From Terrimicrobiaceae bacterium (GTDB lineage: Bacteria > Verrucomicrobiota > Verrucomicrobiia > Chthoniobacterales > Terrimicrobiaceae), in assembly GCA_041752695.1 (NCBI GenBank), contig JBGSVZ010000042.1, positions 22,064 through 86,063 of the forward strand: a stretch of 64,000 nt of DNA. The letters are read 5' to 3'. Below, in pieces: positions 1 through 8,875 of this stretch. The stretch's first letter is position 1; each line of letters opens with the position of its first letter. The notes beneath the pieces are model-generated. The model was not told the DNA's origin, searched no databases, and saw only the letters and a list, made by a program, of their open reading frames with translations. Position numbers and translations under genes: made by a program.

Positions 1-2
1 CC

Positions 3-197
3 GAAATCGACGGGCTTCGGATTCGCGAAGTCATGAAATTGCTCGACGGATTTCGCGGACTCAACCTCATCGGAGCGGACGTCGTCTGCCTTTGCCCACC
101 CATGGACAATCCCTCCCAGATCAGTGCCATGACCGCCAGCCTTCTCCTCCATGAATTTGTGACCCTGATTGCGGACCGTCACTTCGGGAAAGCTTAA
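3..197 (+). CDS. C-terminal fragment of an agmatinase/arginase (ureohydrolase) family protein, truncated by the window start
   Basis: Manual translation EIDGLRIREVMKLLDGFRGLNLIGADVVCLCPPMDNPSQISAMTASLLLHEF..., stop at 195-197; resembles the ureohydrolase C-terminus (GL..RE...L, GADVV, P.D). Confidence 0.75.
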   Translation, partial: EIDGLRIREVMKLLDGFRGLNLIGADVVCLCPPMDNPSQISAMTASLLLHEFVTLIADRHFGKA

Positions 198-239
198 AAA
201 ACGCCGCCTTCTCCCTGTTCGAACGCGAAAGAACCACGC

Positions 240-758
240 ATGAGCACGCCGCAAGAAGACCGTCCGGGGCCCGCCTTGCGACTGCGCGTGGGGGTCATTC
301 TCTTTGCCCTGGCTGGCCTGTTGGTCCTGTCGGGTGTCGTCATGCTCTTCACTGGAAAGCCTGAGACTATGAGGTCAGGCTGGGTTATCTGGGTTCTGGC
401 GGGGCCGCCGGAAATCCTCTGCTTGCTGGCGGCAGGAATTCTTGGAAAAGAAAATTACCAGATGCTGGCCAAAAAAGTCCGGCGCGGGCTGCGCCAACCC
501 GCGGCGTCCGCGCAGGCTGCCTCACGGCTCCGTTATTACACGGGGCTGGCCGGATGCCTCTTCAATGGGGTTCCGCTTACTCTTTATGCTTACGTCCCCG
601 AGCTGCTGCCCGGGGGGCCGGCCAAAATGAGCATTCTGGTGGTCGCCGACGTAATTTTTCTCGGAAGTGTGTTTTTCGCCGGCGGCGAGTTTTGGGAGAA
701 GCTCCGGAGCTTGTTTATTTGGGACGGGGACCAAGCGGTGCCGGGGCCAAGCCAATAA
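240..758 (+). CDS. Membrane protein, transporter-suffix-domain-like
   Basis: Four hydrophobic segments; C-terminal GGEFWEKLRSLF motif. Confidence 0.6.
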   Translation: MSTPQEDRPGPALRLRVGVILFALAGLLVLSGVVMLFTGKPETMRSGWVIWVLAGPPEILCLLAAGILGKENYQMLAKKVRRGLRQPAASAQAASRLRYYTGLAGCLFNGVPLTLYAYVPELLPGGPAKMSILVVADVIFLGSVFFAGGEFWEKLRSLFIWDGDQAVPGPSQ

Positions 759-864
759 ATCGTCCACTCGGACTCGCAGAGCCCCACCCGGCAGATCAAT
801 CCGCCACCGTTTCCCCGGCCGTCGCCAGATCAGCGGTTCCGAAAGCGTTTCTCGCCCCCCGGCT

Positions 865-1344
865 TCATCGGGTTTTCCATTTCAGATCCACATGCGGGTC
901 GTATTCCTGCACGTCGTCCGGACGAAACCCCGCCTCGTACTCAAACAGGTCAACCACATGACCCTGCATGAAGGGCCGGCCGGATTTTTCGCAACGCCGG
1001 AATTCCCAGGTGTGTTCGAGATGGGCTTTGAGGAGCTGACTGCGCGGGCTGTTTTCTGGACGCTGATGGAATGTCCACTGCATGACGGTTTTTGCCGTGG
1101 TCACCGGCTCGCCCACCATGATCTGGATATCGGTGTAGTCGTGAAATTCATCGAAAAACTTGCGTTTGACGATTTGATGGGCCTCAAAATCCGCATAGCC
1201 CAACCAGGTCTTGTCTCCGAAGGTCATGTAAAAGCCCTCTTCCGCGATGAGCGGCAAAAAGGCGGACAAGCCAGCTTGCTGGTCGTGCAATCGACCCCAT
1301 TGCAAAATGATCGCCCGGGCTTCGTCTTCCGTGACAGGGTTCAT
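865..1344 (-). CDS. SnoaL/NTF2-like fold protein
   Basis: 159-aa ORF 21 bp downstream of trpB; N-terminal helices, then GYADFEAH and alternating beta-strand pattern. Confidence 0.55.
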   Translation of the reverse strand: MNPVTEDEARAIILQWGRLHDQQAGLSAFLPLIAEEGFYMTFGDKTWLGYADFEAHQIVKRKFFDEFHDYTDIQIMVGEPVTTAKTVMQWTFHQRPENSPRSQLLKAHLEHTWEFRRCEKSGRPFMQGHVVDLFEYEAGFRPDDVQEYDPHVDLKWKTR

Positions 1345-1365
1345 AAATTTTGCTCCGCCGCGTGT

Positions 1366-2562
1366 TTACGCCAGCAGCATTTCAGCAGCTTGGGCGACGT
1401 CTTTGTCCCCACGACCGGAGAGGTTCACAACGATGATCTGGTCGGCGGTCATGGTCGGGGCGACCTTGATGGCATGGGCAACGGCATGGGCGGACTCCAG
1501 CGCGGGAATGATGCCTTCCACCTTGGCGAGCGTTTGAAACGCGTCCAGCGCCTGTTGGTCGGTGGCGTAATCGTAATCCACCCGGCCGATATCCTTCAGG
1601 TAACAATGCTCCGGCCCAACGGCGGCGTAGTCGAGCCCGGCGGAAACCGAATGGGTCGATTCGATCTGCCCGTCGTCATCGGCCAGCAGCCAGGTTTTCG
1701 CTCCTTGCAGCACGCCGAGGCGTCCGCCTTGAAAACGCGCGGCATGACGACCCTTAATGATGCCATCGCCACCCGCTTCCACGCCAATCATCTTCACGGC
1801 TTCGTCTTTGAGAAACGGATAAAACAATCCGATGGCATTGCTGCCCCCGCCCACGCAGGCAATCAAAAGATCGGGGAGGCGTTCCTCGCGCTGGAGCATC
1901 TGACGGCGTGCTTCGTCTCCGATGACGCGGTGAAAATCCCGAACCATCATGGGATAGGGGTGGGCGCCGTAAGCAGTGCCTAAGATGTAATGCGTGGTGC
2001 GGACATTGGTCACCCAGTCGCGCATGGCTTCATTGACCGCCTCCTTCAGCGTAGCCTGTCCGGCGGTGACGGGGACAACCTTCGCTCCCAAAAACTGCAT
2101 GCGGGCCACGTTGAGCGCCTGACGTTTCATGTCCACCGCGCCCATGTAAACCACGCACTCAAAGCCAAACCGTGCCGCCACGGTGGCGGTGGCCACCCCA
2201 TGCTGACCGGCACCGGTCTCGGCGATGACGCGTTTTTTGCCCATCCGTTTGCAGAGGATGGCCTGGCCGATCGCGTTGTTGATTTTATGGGCGCCGGTGT
2301 GGAGCAGGTCTTCGCGTTTCAGGTAAATTTTGGCACCCCCCAGATGCTGCGTGAGGCGTTCCGCAAAATAGAGGGGAGTCGGGCGTCCGCAATAATCGCC
2401 GAGAAGTCCGGCATACTCCTTCCGAAATTCGGGGTCAAGACGGGCTCGGGCGTATTCCTGTTCGAGTTCCTCGAGAGCGCTGAAAAGCGTTTCGGGCACG
2501 AACTTGCCGCCATACTGGCCGAAGTGGCCATGGGCATCGGGAAGAGAGGTTTCAGCAGGCAT
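1366..2562 (-). CDS. trpB: Tryptophan synthase beta subunit
   Basis: [15 protein letters not shown] (PLP lysine), [24 protein letters not shown]. Confidence 0.98.
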   Translation of the reverse strand: MPAETSLPDAHGHFGQYGGKFVPETLFSALEELEQEYARARLDPEFRKEYAGLLGDYCGRPTPLYFAERLTQHLGGAKIYLKREDLLHTGAHKINNAIGQAILCKRMGKKRVIAETGAGQHGVATATVAARFGFECVVYMGAVDMKRQALNVARMQFLGAKVVPVTAGQATLKEAVNEAMRDWVTNVRTTHYILGTAYGAHPYPMMVRDFHRVIGDEARRQMLQREERLPDLLIACVGGGSNAIGLFYPFLKDEAVKMIGVEAGGDGIIKGRHAARFQGGRLGVLQGAKTWLLADDDGQIESTHSVSAGLDYAAVGPEHCYLKDIGRVDYDYATDQQALDAFQTLAKVEGIIPALESAHAVAHAIKVAPTMTADQIIVVNLSGRGDKDVAQAAEMLLA

Positions 2563-3580
2563 GAGAAGCAGTATGCACCTCCGTCAACAATGCTGCAACT
2601 GCGCGGCGATGAGGCGACGGCATCGGCGGGAGGGAATCGACCGAAAATGCCTGAAGACCTGGGCGCGGGGCAGATTCGCGACATACGCTCATCGTCACCC
2701 GGTACCGCGTGATCGGGTAAACCTGCACATGATCCGGCTCACGGCGGGCCGGTACTGCGGCAGGCAGCAGCCAAAGTCCTTTCCAGCGTGGACCTGTGGA
2801 CAGTTCCAGCCAGAGCTTGTCTTGCGCAAAGACAAAAGCGCGGGATTCTGCAACAAACTCGATGGTCTTGCGGGCGCGTTTGACCGGCAGCAATTCCGGA
2901 TTTACCGCGCGACAATCTGCCTGGACGGGACATTCCAGACATCGCGGATTGCGCGAGACGCAGATCAGTGCGCCGAGTTCCATCAGGGCCGACGTGTGCA
3001 ACCGACCGCCGTCGCCGGGCAGCAGGGAAACGGCGGAGGACTCGAGGAAACGTTTTCCCGCCGCGTCATCAATGGGGTCGAGCCAGTTTTGCAGACGGGC
3101 AAGGACTCGAGCGATGTTGGCGTCAATCACAGCCACGGCCTCGTCAAACGCAAAGGCCGCCACCGCCCCGGCGGTGTAATCCCCCACCCCAGGCAAACCG
3201 CGCAAGGCATCCACCGAGCGAGGGATGCGTCCCCCATGGCGCTCCATCACGGCATGCGCGGCACGCTGAAGGTTCCGCGCCCGGCTGTAGTATCCGAGTC
3301 CCTGCCAGAGAGAGAGCACACGCTGTTCGTCCGCCTCGGCCAGGGCAGCAACGTTTGGAAAGGCCGCCATCCAGCGCCCGAAATACGGAATGACCGCCGT
3401 CACCGTGGTTTGCTGGAGCATGAACTCCGACACCAGAATGGCGTAGGGGTCGTTGGTCCGCCGCCAGGGCAGGTCGCGACCCTGCTGGAGAAACCAGGCA
3501 GCGAGCTTGCGCCGGATTTTTTCCGCTGGGTCTCCGCGTCGCGGCGGTTTACTGGTTTTTCCTGTGCCGGACAAAGCCAT
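2552..3580 (-). CDS. mutY: A/G-specific adenine DNA glycosylase
   Basis: [27 protein letters not shown], Hh[10 protein letters not shown], 4Fe-4S motif [17 protein letters not shown]; start uncertain (3580/3583). Confidence 0.95.
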   Translation of the reverse strand: MALSGTGKTSKPPRRGDPAEKIRRKLAAWFLQQGRDLPWRRTNDPYAILVSEFMLQQTTVTAVIPYFGRWMAAFPNVAALAEADEQRVLSLWQGLGYYSRARNLQRAAHAVMERHGGRIPRSVDALRGLPGVGDYTAGAVAAFAFDEAVAVIDANIARVLARLQNWLDPIDDAAGKRFLESSAVSLLPGDGGRLHTSALMELGALICVSRNPRCLECPVQADCRAVNPELLPVKRARKTIEFVAESRAFVFAQDKLWLELSTGPRWKGLWLLPAAVPARREPDHVQVYPITRYRVTMSVCRESAPRPGLQAFSVDSLPPMPSPHRRAVAALLTEVHTASHAC

Positions 3581-4481
3581 CACCCTTTACAATACGCCGC
3601 TCACCACGGAGCAAGCCGCGAAGTTAAAGCTTCTTCTGACCGAGGAGGGCTTCAAATTCGAGACGCGGCCCTACACCTTGTATTTCGCCCAGAAAGACAA
3701 GCTCACCGTGGCGGTTTACGAGAAGGGGCCCAAGGCCGTTCTGCAAGGCAAAGGGACGCAGGATTTCGTCCAGTTTCAGCTGGAGCCCGAGATTCTCGGC
3801 GAGGCCAAACTCGGCTACGAAGAGGTGCTGAATCCGGAAATGTATGAGCCGCATTTCGGCGTGGACGAAAGCGGTAAGGGGGATTTTTTCGGACCGCTCG
3901 TCATTGCCGGAGTTTTCGTGGACCGCGATCTGGCGCGGCATTTTCAAGACCTCGGCATCACGGACAGCAAACGCATCACGTCGGATAAACGTATCCGCGA
4001 CTTGGCCGAGGGCATTCGCCGTTCACGCGCGGCTCAGAGCGTGGTGACGATCAGTCCTGAACGCTACAACGCCCTCTTCACCAAGATTGGCAACCTCAAC
4101 CGGCTGCTCGCCTGGGGCCACGCGCGGATTATTGAAAACCTTTGCGAACTGCGCCCCGACTGCCCCCGCGCCCTTTCGGATAAATTTGCCGACGTGCGGG
4201 TGCTGGAGCGGGCGCTGATGGAAAAGGGCAGGGCCATCAAACTCGACCAGCGGACCAAGGCGGAGTCGGACTTTGCCGTCGCGGCGGCGTCCATTCTGGC
4301 CCGGGAAAAATTCATCGACTGGCTGCACACCACCGGCCAGCGAATGGGAGTCACCCTGCCCCGCGGGGTGAATGCCGCGGTGAAGGACGCGGCGCGGGTC
4401 ATTATTGCGAAAGGCGGAAGCGAGGCCCTGGCCACCGTCGCGAAGATGCATTTCAAGACTTCGGCAGAGGTGCTAGGGTGA
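3564..4481 (+). CDS. rnhC: Ribonuclease HIII
   Basis: GVDESGKGDFFGPL, DSKR, KAES..VAAASILAR, KMHF; N-terminal TBP-like region (VYEKGPKAVLQGK); GTG start inferred. Confidence 0.93.
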   Translation: MPDKAITLYNTPLTTEQAAKLKLLLTEEGFKFETRPYTLYFAQKDKLTVAVYEKGPKAVLQGKGTQDFVQFQLEPEILGEAKLGYEEVLNPEMYEPHFGVDESGKGDFFGPLVIAGVFVDRDLARHFQDLGITDSKRITSDKRIRDLAEGIRRSRAAQSVVTISPERYNALFTKIGNLNRLLAWGHARIIENLCELRPDCPRALSDKFADVRVLERALMEKGRAIKLDQRTKAESDFAVAAASILAREKFIDWLHTTGQRMGVTLPRGVNAAVKDAARVIIAKGGSEALATVAKMHFKTSAEVLG

Positions 4482-5008
4482 CGCCAATGGAACTCAACGC
4501 TTGGACCAAACATCTGCGCACCCTTCACGACAAGGCCGTGGCCTTGCAACGTGCCGGCCAGACGGATCTGGCCACCTATTTCACTCCCGAGGAAACGTCC
4601 TTTCTCGCCTCCATCGGATTAAAGCCGATCAATGTCTACGACTTCGCGGAGGATTTTGCCGGCGGCGGTGAACCCGACTGGGACACCTTCCTCTTGGTGG
4701 CGGCAGCCCGGCGGGACTTTTTTCTCTACGAGCAACACGGCCAAACCAACACCGCGGAACTCGACGCCTCCGAACTCCCGGGCCGTAAGGCCACTCTGGG
4801 CGGGATCGAATGGTTGCCCCGCATCATCACGAAAGCCACCTGTTTCCTCGAAGGCGGGCTCTGCCACGACATTATGTATTGCTGCGGCGGCGACCGGAAT
4901 TTCCTGCGCAAGCACGGCATCCATCCGGCCGATTTCCTGCGCGCCGTCTGGGCCGCCAAAGGCGACGAACAGCGCGTGCTGGCTTTTGTGAAAGAGGGCG
5001 GCGAGTAA
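4478..5008 (+). CDS. DUF5069-like protein
   Basis: LPGRKATLGGIEWLPRIITKA...YCCGGDRNFL motif; 4-nt overlap with rnhC stop. Confidence 0.7.
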   Translation: MTPMELNAWTKHLRTLHDKAVALQRAGQTDLATYFTPEETSFLASIGLKPINVYDFAEDFAGGGEPDWDTFLLVAAARRDFFLYEQHGQTNTAELDASELPGRKATLGGIEWLPRIITKATCFLEGGLCHDIMYCCGGDRNFLRKHGIHPADFLRAVWAAKGDEQRVLAFVKEGGE

Positions 5009-5011
5009 AGC

Positions 5012-5189
5012 GTAACGCTCAACGCTCAACGCTCAACATCGAACGCCGAACGCCGAAGTTTCGGAATGGGACGCTCCGTGGGTGTAGCGGCAGGGAAGCG
5101 CCAAGCTTTCCCTAAGCGCGGAAAACCAAAAGTTGCGTTCCCGGCACCACTTCAGCGTTCAGAGTTGAACGTTCAGCGTTGAGCGTTAC
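5012..5189. repeat. Inverted arrays of 7-bp tandem repeats (AACGCTC-type)
   Basis: Six heptamers at 5014-5055 (aacgctc x3, aacatcg, aacgccg x2) and five complementary heptamers at 5153-5187, between convergent genes. Confidence 0.85.
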
Positions 5190-5201
5190 TCGCGAAGCGC
5201 G

Positions 5202-7565
5202 CTAGCGTTTCATCGCTTCCCGGAGCACGCCTTTGAGGTCGGCCTGTTTGACGGGTTTGCTCAGGTAGGAATCCATTCCCGCGCGGAGGCTCCGCTCGCG
5301 ATGTTCAGGCAGGGCGTGGGCGGTCAGCGCGACAATGAAGGGAGCGTGGCCATTCTGCGCCAACCGGATGAGGCGGGTGGCCTCGTATCCATCCATCCCG
5401 GGCATTTCCAGATCCATGAAAATGACATCGTAGCGTTTGAGGGCGGCCATTTCGACGCCGTCGAAACCATTTTCCGCCTCGTCGGCCTCGTGTCCGAGTT
5501 TTTTCAAAAAGAGACGGACCAGACGCCGGTTGGTGGCGTTATCCTCGACCACCAGAATTTTCGGCAACAAGGCTCCCAGGTTCGCGCTCATGCGCTTTTT
5601 GTTCTCCTGGACGTAAAGATCATCCTTCTCCGGCTCCCGCAGCGGAAGCATGAGCGAAAACATCGAGCCCTCGTGGGCTTCGCTTTGGACGTCAATCGTT
5701 CCGCCCATCAGGGAGGCAAGGCGTTTGACAATGGCGAGCCCAAGACCGGTTCCGCCGAAGCGGCGGCGCGTGCTGTTGTCGGCCTGATAAAAGGGATCAA
5801 ACAAGCCCGGATGACGTTCCAGCGCGATGCCGATCCCGGTATCGCGGACGCGGATTGCCACGGGCCAGACGCCATTGACCGGCAATCCACTTTGCGCGAC
5901 CTCGACAATTACGCCTCCTTTTTCGGTGAATTTCACCGCGTTACTGATCAGATTGTGCAGCACCTGATTGATGCGGGCCGCGTCGCACAGCAACGTGTCC
6001 GGGATGTCGCCGGAGGAAACGACCTGGAGATCAATTCCCTTGCCGACGGCTTGGGGACGGAAAAAATCCCCCGCGCTTCGCACCATGCGCACGAGATCAA
6101 CCGGACCCAGATGCAGATCCAGACGCCCGGATTCAATCTTTGAATAGTCCAGCACGTCATTGAGAATGACCAGAAGGGCGCCGCTGTTTTCCTGAATCGT
6201 ACGGACATAATCGGACTGTTCCTGCCCGAGCGGCATGGCACCGAGGAGTTCGGAGAAACCCAGAACGGCATTGAGCGGGGTGCGAATTTCGTGACTCATC
6301 ATGGCCAGGAAATCGCCCTTGGCCTGACTCGCCCGCTCCGCGGCCTCCTTGGCCTCGATGAGCTGCATCTTGGTGACAACACGGTCGGTGACATCCACCA
6401 CCGTACCCACCTGCCGGATCAGGTCCCCGTGAGCATCGACGACAGGCTTGCCGCGCAGCAAAACCCAAAGATATTCGCCCTCCCCCTGGATGTGTCGGAA
6501 TTCCATCTGCTCCACCTCGTCCTTGGATCGGACCAGCTTCAACGCGGCGACGGTCTCGACATCCTCGGGATGCACCTTGGTCAGCCACTCTCCAAAAGTT
6601 TTGGGGAAATCCTTTTCTTCGAACCCGAAAAGCTGGCCCCACTCCGGGGACAAATACAGTGTCTGGTCCACCAGATCGATTTCCCAGACCGCCGCGCGGG
6701 TCGCCTCCAGCGCACTATGCAGACGCTCCTCACCCCGCAGGAGCGCCTCGGAAGTCTGTTTCGCCGCGGTAACGTCCGACATGAACCCATGCCAGATGGT
6801 GGAGCCGTCGCGCTGGTGCTTGGGCAGGGAGTTGGAGAGCACCCAGCGCACTTCGCCGGTCCGCGTGTGCAGCCGGAATTCCTGCCGGCAATGGCTTTGC
6901 TCCCGGCGGGAACGGGCAACATTGGCCAGAAACCCCGGCAGATCCTCCGGGAGAATCCGGCCGAGCAAATTCACCTGGCCGTCGATGATCTCCTGCGCCT
7001 CGTCCCCCGTGAGCAACCGGACGCCATCGCTAATATACGGAAAAGCGGACCGCCCTTCCGCATCCACCCGAAAGCGATAAACCGCCCCGGGGAGCTGGCT
7101 GTTGACCGTGTTGAGAAAATCCAGCGCTCTTTGCAGCTCGAGTTTTGTGCTCTCGCGATCGGTGATGTCTTCGGAGACGGCGAGCAGCGCGACCGGCATG
7201 CCGTCTGGATCGTAGATCGGCGTTTTGGTCGTGCGCAATTTTCGCACGCCCAACGTGCGGCTCATAATGGTCTCCCGCGCGATCATCTGCGCCTGCCCGG
7301 CATGCAGAATTCCCCGGTCAGTTTTTTGAAAGAAATCCGCCTGTTCGGCCGGGAAAAGGTCGACATCGGTCCTGCCGATGGCCTCTCCCGCGGTGATGCC
7401 GAGAAGAACCTCCGCCTCGCGGTTCCAGATCAAAAACTCGCCGAAGGTTTCCTCGCGCAGGCTTTTGACAACGATCTGGGAGGGAATGGCATCGAAGATC
7501 TCGGTGAGGAGACCAAAATTCTCATCACTGAGCGGGAGATACTTCAGGATGTCTTCGGGAAACAT
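5202..7565 (-). CDS. Multi-PAS hybrid sensor histidine kinase with C-terminal receiver domain
   Basis: Three PAS/PAC-like regions, H-box FLAMMSHEIRTPLN, NAVKFT, DTGIG, GGTGLGL, receiver VEDN...MDLEMP...KP; start at MFPEDIL inferred. Confidence 0.93.
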   Translation of the reverse strand: MFPEDILKYLPLSDENFGLLTEIFDAIPSQIVVKSLREETFGEFLIWNREAEVLLGITAGEAIGRTDVDLFPAEQADFFQKTDRGILHAGQAQMIARETIMSRTLGVRKLRTTKTPIYDPDGMPVALLAVSEDITDRESTKLELQRALDFLNTVNSQLPGAVYRFRVDAEGRSAFPYISDGVRLLTGDEAQEIIDGQVNLLGRILPEDLPGFLANVARSRREQSHCRQEFRLHTRTGEVRWVLSNSLPKHQRDGSTIWHGFMSDVTAAKQTSEALLRGEERLHSALEATRAAVWEIDLVDQTLYLSPEWGQLFGFEEKDFPKTFGEWLTKVHPEDVETVAALKLVRSKDEVEQMEFRHIQGEGEYLWVLLRGKPVVDAHGDLIRQVGTVVDVTDRVVTKMQLIEAKEAAERASQAKGDFLAMMSHEIRTPLNAVLGFSELLGAMPLGQEQSDYVRTIQENSGALLVILNDVLDYSKIESGRLDLHLGPVDLVRMVRSAGDFFRPQAVGKGIDLQVVSSGDIPDTLLCDAARINQVLHNLISNAVKFTEKGGVIVEVAQSGLPVNGVWPVAIRVRDTGIGIALERHPGLFDPFYQADNSTRRRFGGTGLGLAIVKRLASLMGGTIDVQSEAHEGSMFSLMLPLREPEKDDLYVQENKKRMSANLGALLPKILVVEDNATNRRLVRLFLKKLGHEADEAENGFDGVEMAALKRYDVIFMDLEMPGMDGYEATRLIRLAQNGHAPFIVALTAHALPEHRERSLRAGMDSYLSKPVKQADLKGVLREAMKR

Positions 7566-7617
7566 GCGGGTTGGAACTATCCCGCAATGGGGCAAAATTG
7601 CCACATTTTCCGCGTTT

Positions 7618-8670
7618 TCATGCCACCGGTTGCTGTTGGGTGAGGCAATGGAAGGCCCCCAGCCCCCAAATCAACTCCCGGCAGTCGATGGGGACAATCT
7701 TACGCGTCGGGAACACTTCTTTCAGCACCGCAAGCGCCCAGGCGTCGTTGGTGTCGTGATAGGCCGGCATCAACACCACGGAGTTGCCGATGTAGAAATT
7801 GGCGTAACTGGCAGGCAATCGCTGGCCTTCCCGCGCAATGCGCGAGGGCATGGGGAGCTTCAGGACGTGAAGCGGAGAGTCGTTGAGCAGCTTCATCTCT
7901 AGGAGCCGGTGCAGATTGGCCTGGAGCGGCTCAAAATTCGGATCGTCCTCGTCCTCCTCCACCACGGTCACCACGGTGTCCTCGGATACAAACCGGGTAA
8001 TGTCGTCCACGTGTCCATCCGTGTCATCACCCTCGATGCCATCGCCGAGCCAGAGAATCTGCTCCACGCCGAGGTAGTCGCGCAGTTGCTGTTCGATCTG
8101 CGGCCGGCCGAGATGAGAATTGCGGTTGGGATTGAGCAGGCATGACTCCGTGGTGATTACGGTGCCCTTGCCATTCACTTCAATGGACCCACCTTCGAGA
8201 ATGAAATCCCCGTTATCAAAAACCGGGATCTCCAGTTTTTCGCCGATGAGCGTGGCGGCGGCATCGTCGTTCTCGAATGGCGAAAGTTTGTATCCCCAGG
8301 CGTTGAACCCAAAATCCACCGCGGCCAGTTTCGGGCTTTGTTTGCGGGTGAGGAAGATCGGCCCATGGTCGCGGCACCAGGGTTCGTCGGTGAGCACGTG
8401 AAAACATTCCACCCGTTCGGGCGGTGCGTCCTTGAGCAGAGCGCGAACGATTTTTTCCTGCGCCACATCCTTCACATTGATACGCAGGATTTCGGACTCG
8501 GCGATCGCCGTGGCCATTTTCACGAAGGCTGGGAGGGCGCGTTCATAAGCACCCGCGCCGGGGAAACTCGAACCGTCCGAGTGGGGCCAGGAGATCCACG
8601 TGGCCTCGTGCGGTTCCCATTCGGCGGGCATGGCGTAACCTTGTTTTGCTGGGGTACTCTTGGACGTCAC
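7618..8670 (-). CDS. aguA: Agmatine deiminase (peptidyl-arginine deiminase family)
   Basis: MPAEWEPH, WCRDHGP, EGGSI, DDTDGHVD, SYANF, GAFHCLTQQ; GTG start preceded by GGAGG. Confidence 0.92.
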   Translation of the reverse strand: MTSKSTPAKQGYAMPAEWEPHEATWISWPHSDGSSFPGAGAYERALPAFVKMATAIAESEILRINVKDVAQEKIVRALLKDAPPERVECFHVLTDEPWCRDHGPIFLTRKQSPKLAAVDFGFNAWGYKLSPFENDDAAATLIGEKLEIPVFDNGDFILEGGSIEVNGKGTVITTESCLLNPNRNSHLGRPQIEQQLRDYLGVEQILWLGDGIEGDDTDGHVDDITRFVSEDTVVTVVEEDEDDPNFEPLQANLHRLLEMKLLNDSPLHVLKLPMPSRIAREGQRLPASYANFYIGNSVVLMPAYHDTNDAWALAVLKEVFPTRKIVPIDCRELIWGLGAFHCLTQQQPVA

Positions 8671-8875
8671 ACCTCCACCATCCGCGTTACCTCCGGGGGA
8701 AAACAAGTGGAATTTTGCAACGTTTCTCCGACAGCGACGGTGCGCTCGAATGAGCAGCCGCCGCCGGCGACGGATGGTTCCCGAGGAAAGGATTGCCATT
8801 CCTGCGCCCCGGGCGGGAATGATGTTTCTCGCTCTTGGCCTTGCAGCGCGGCGGAATTCATCCGAGAAAGGAGGG

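Noticed and set aside
5012..5189. Possible CRISPR array
   Set aside because: Units are 7-bp tandem repeats without spacers, and no cas genes are present
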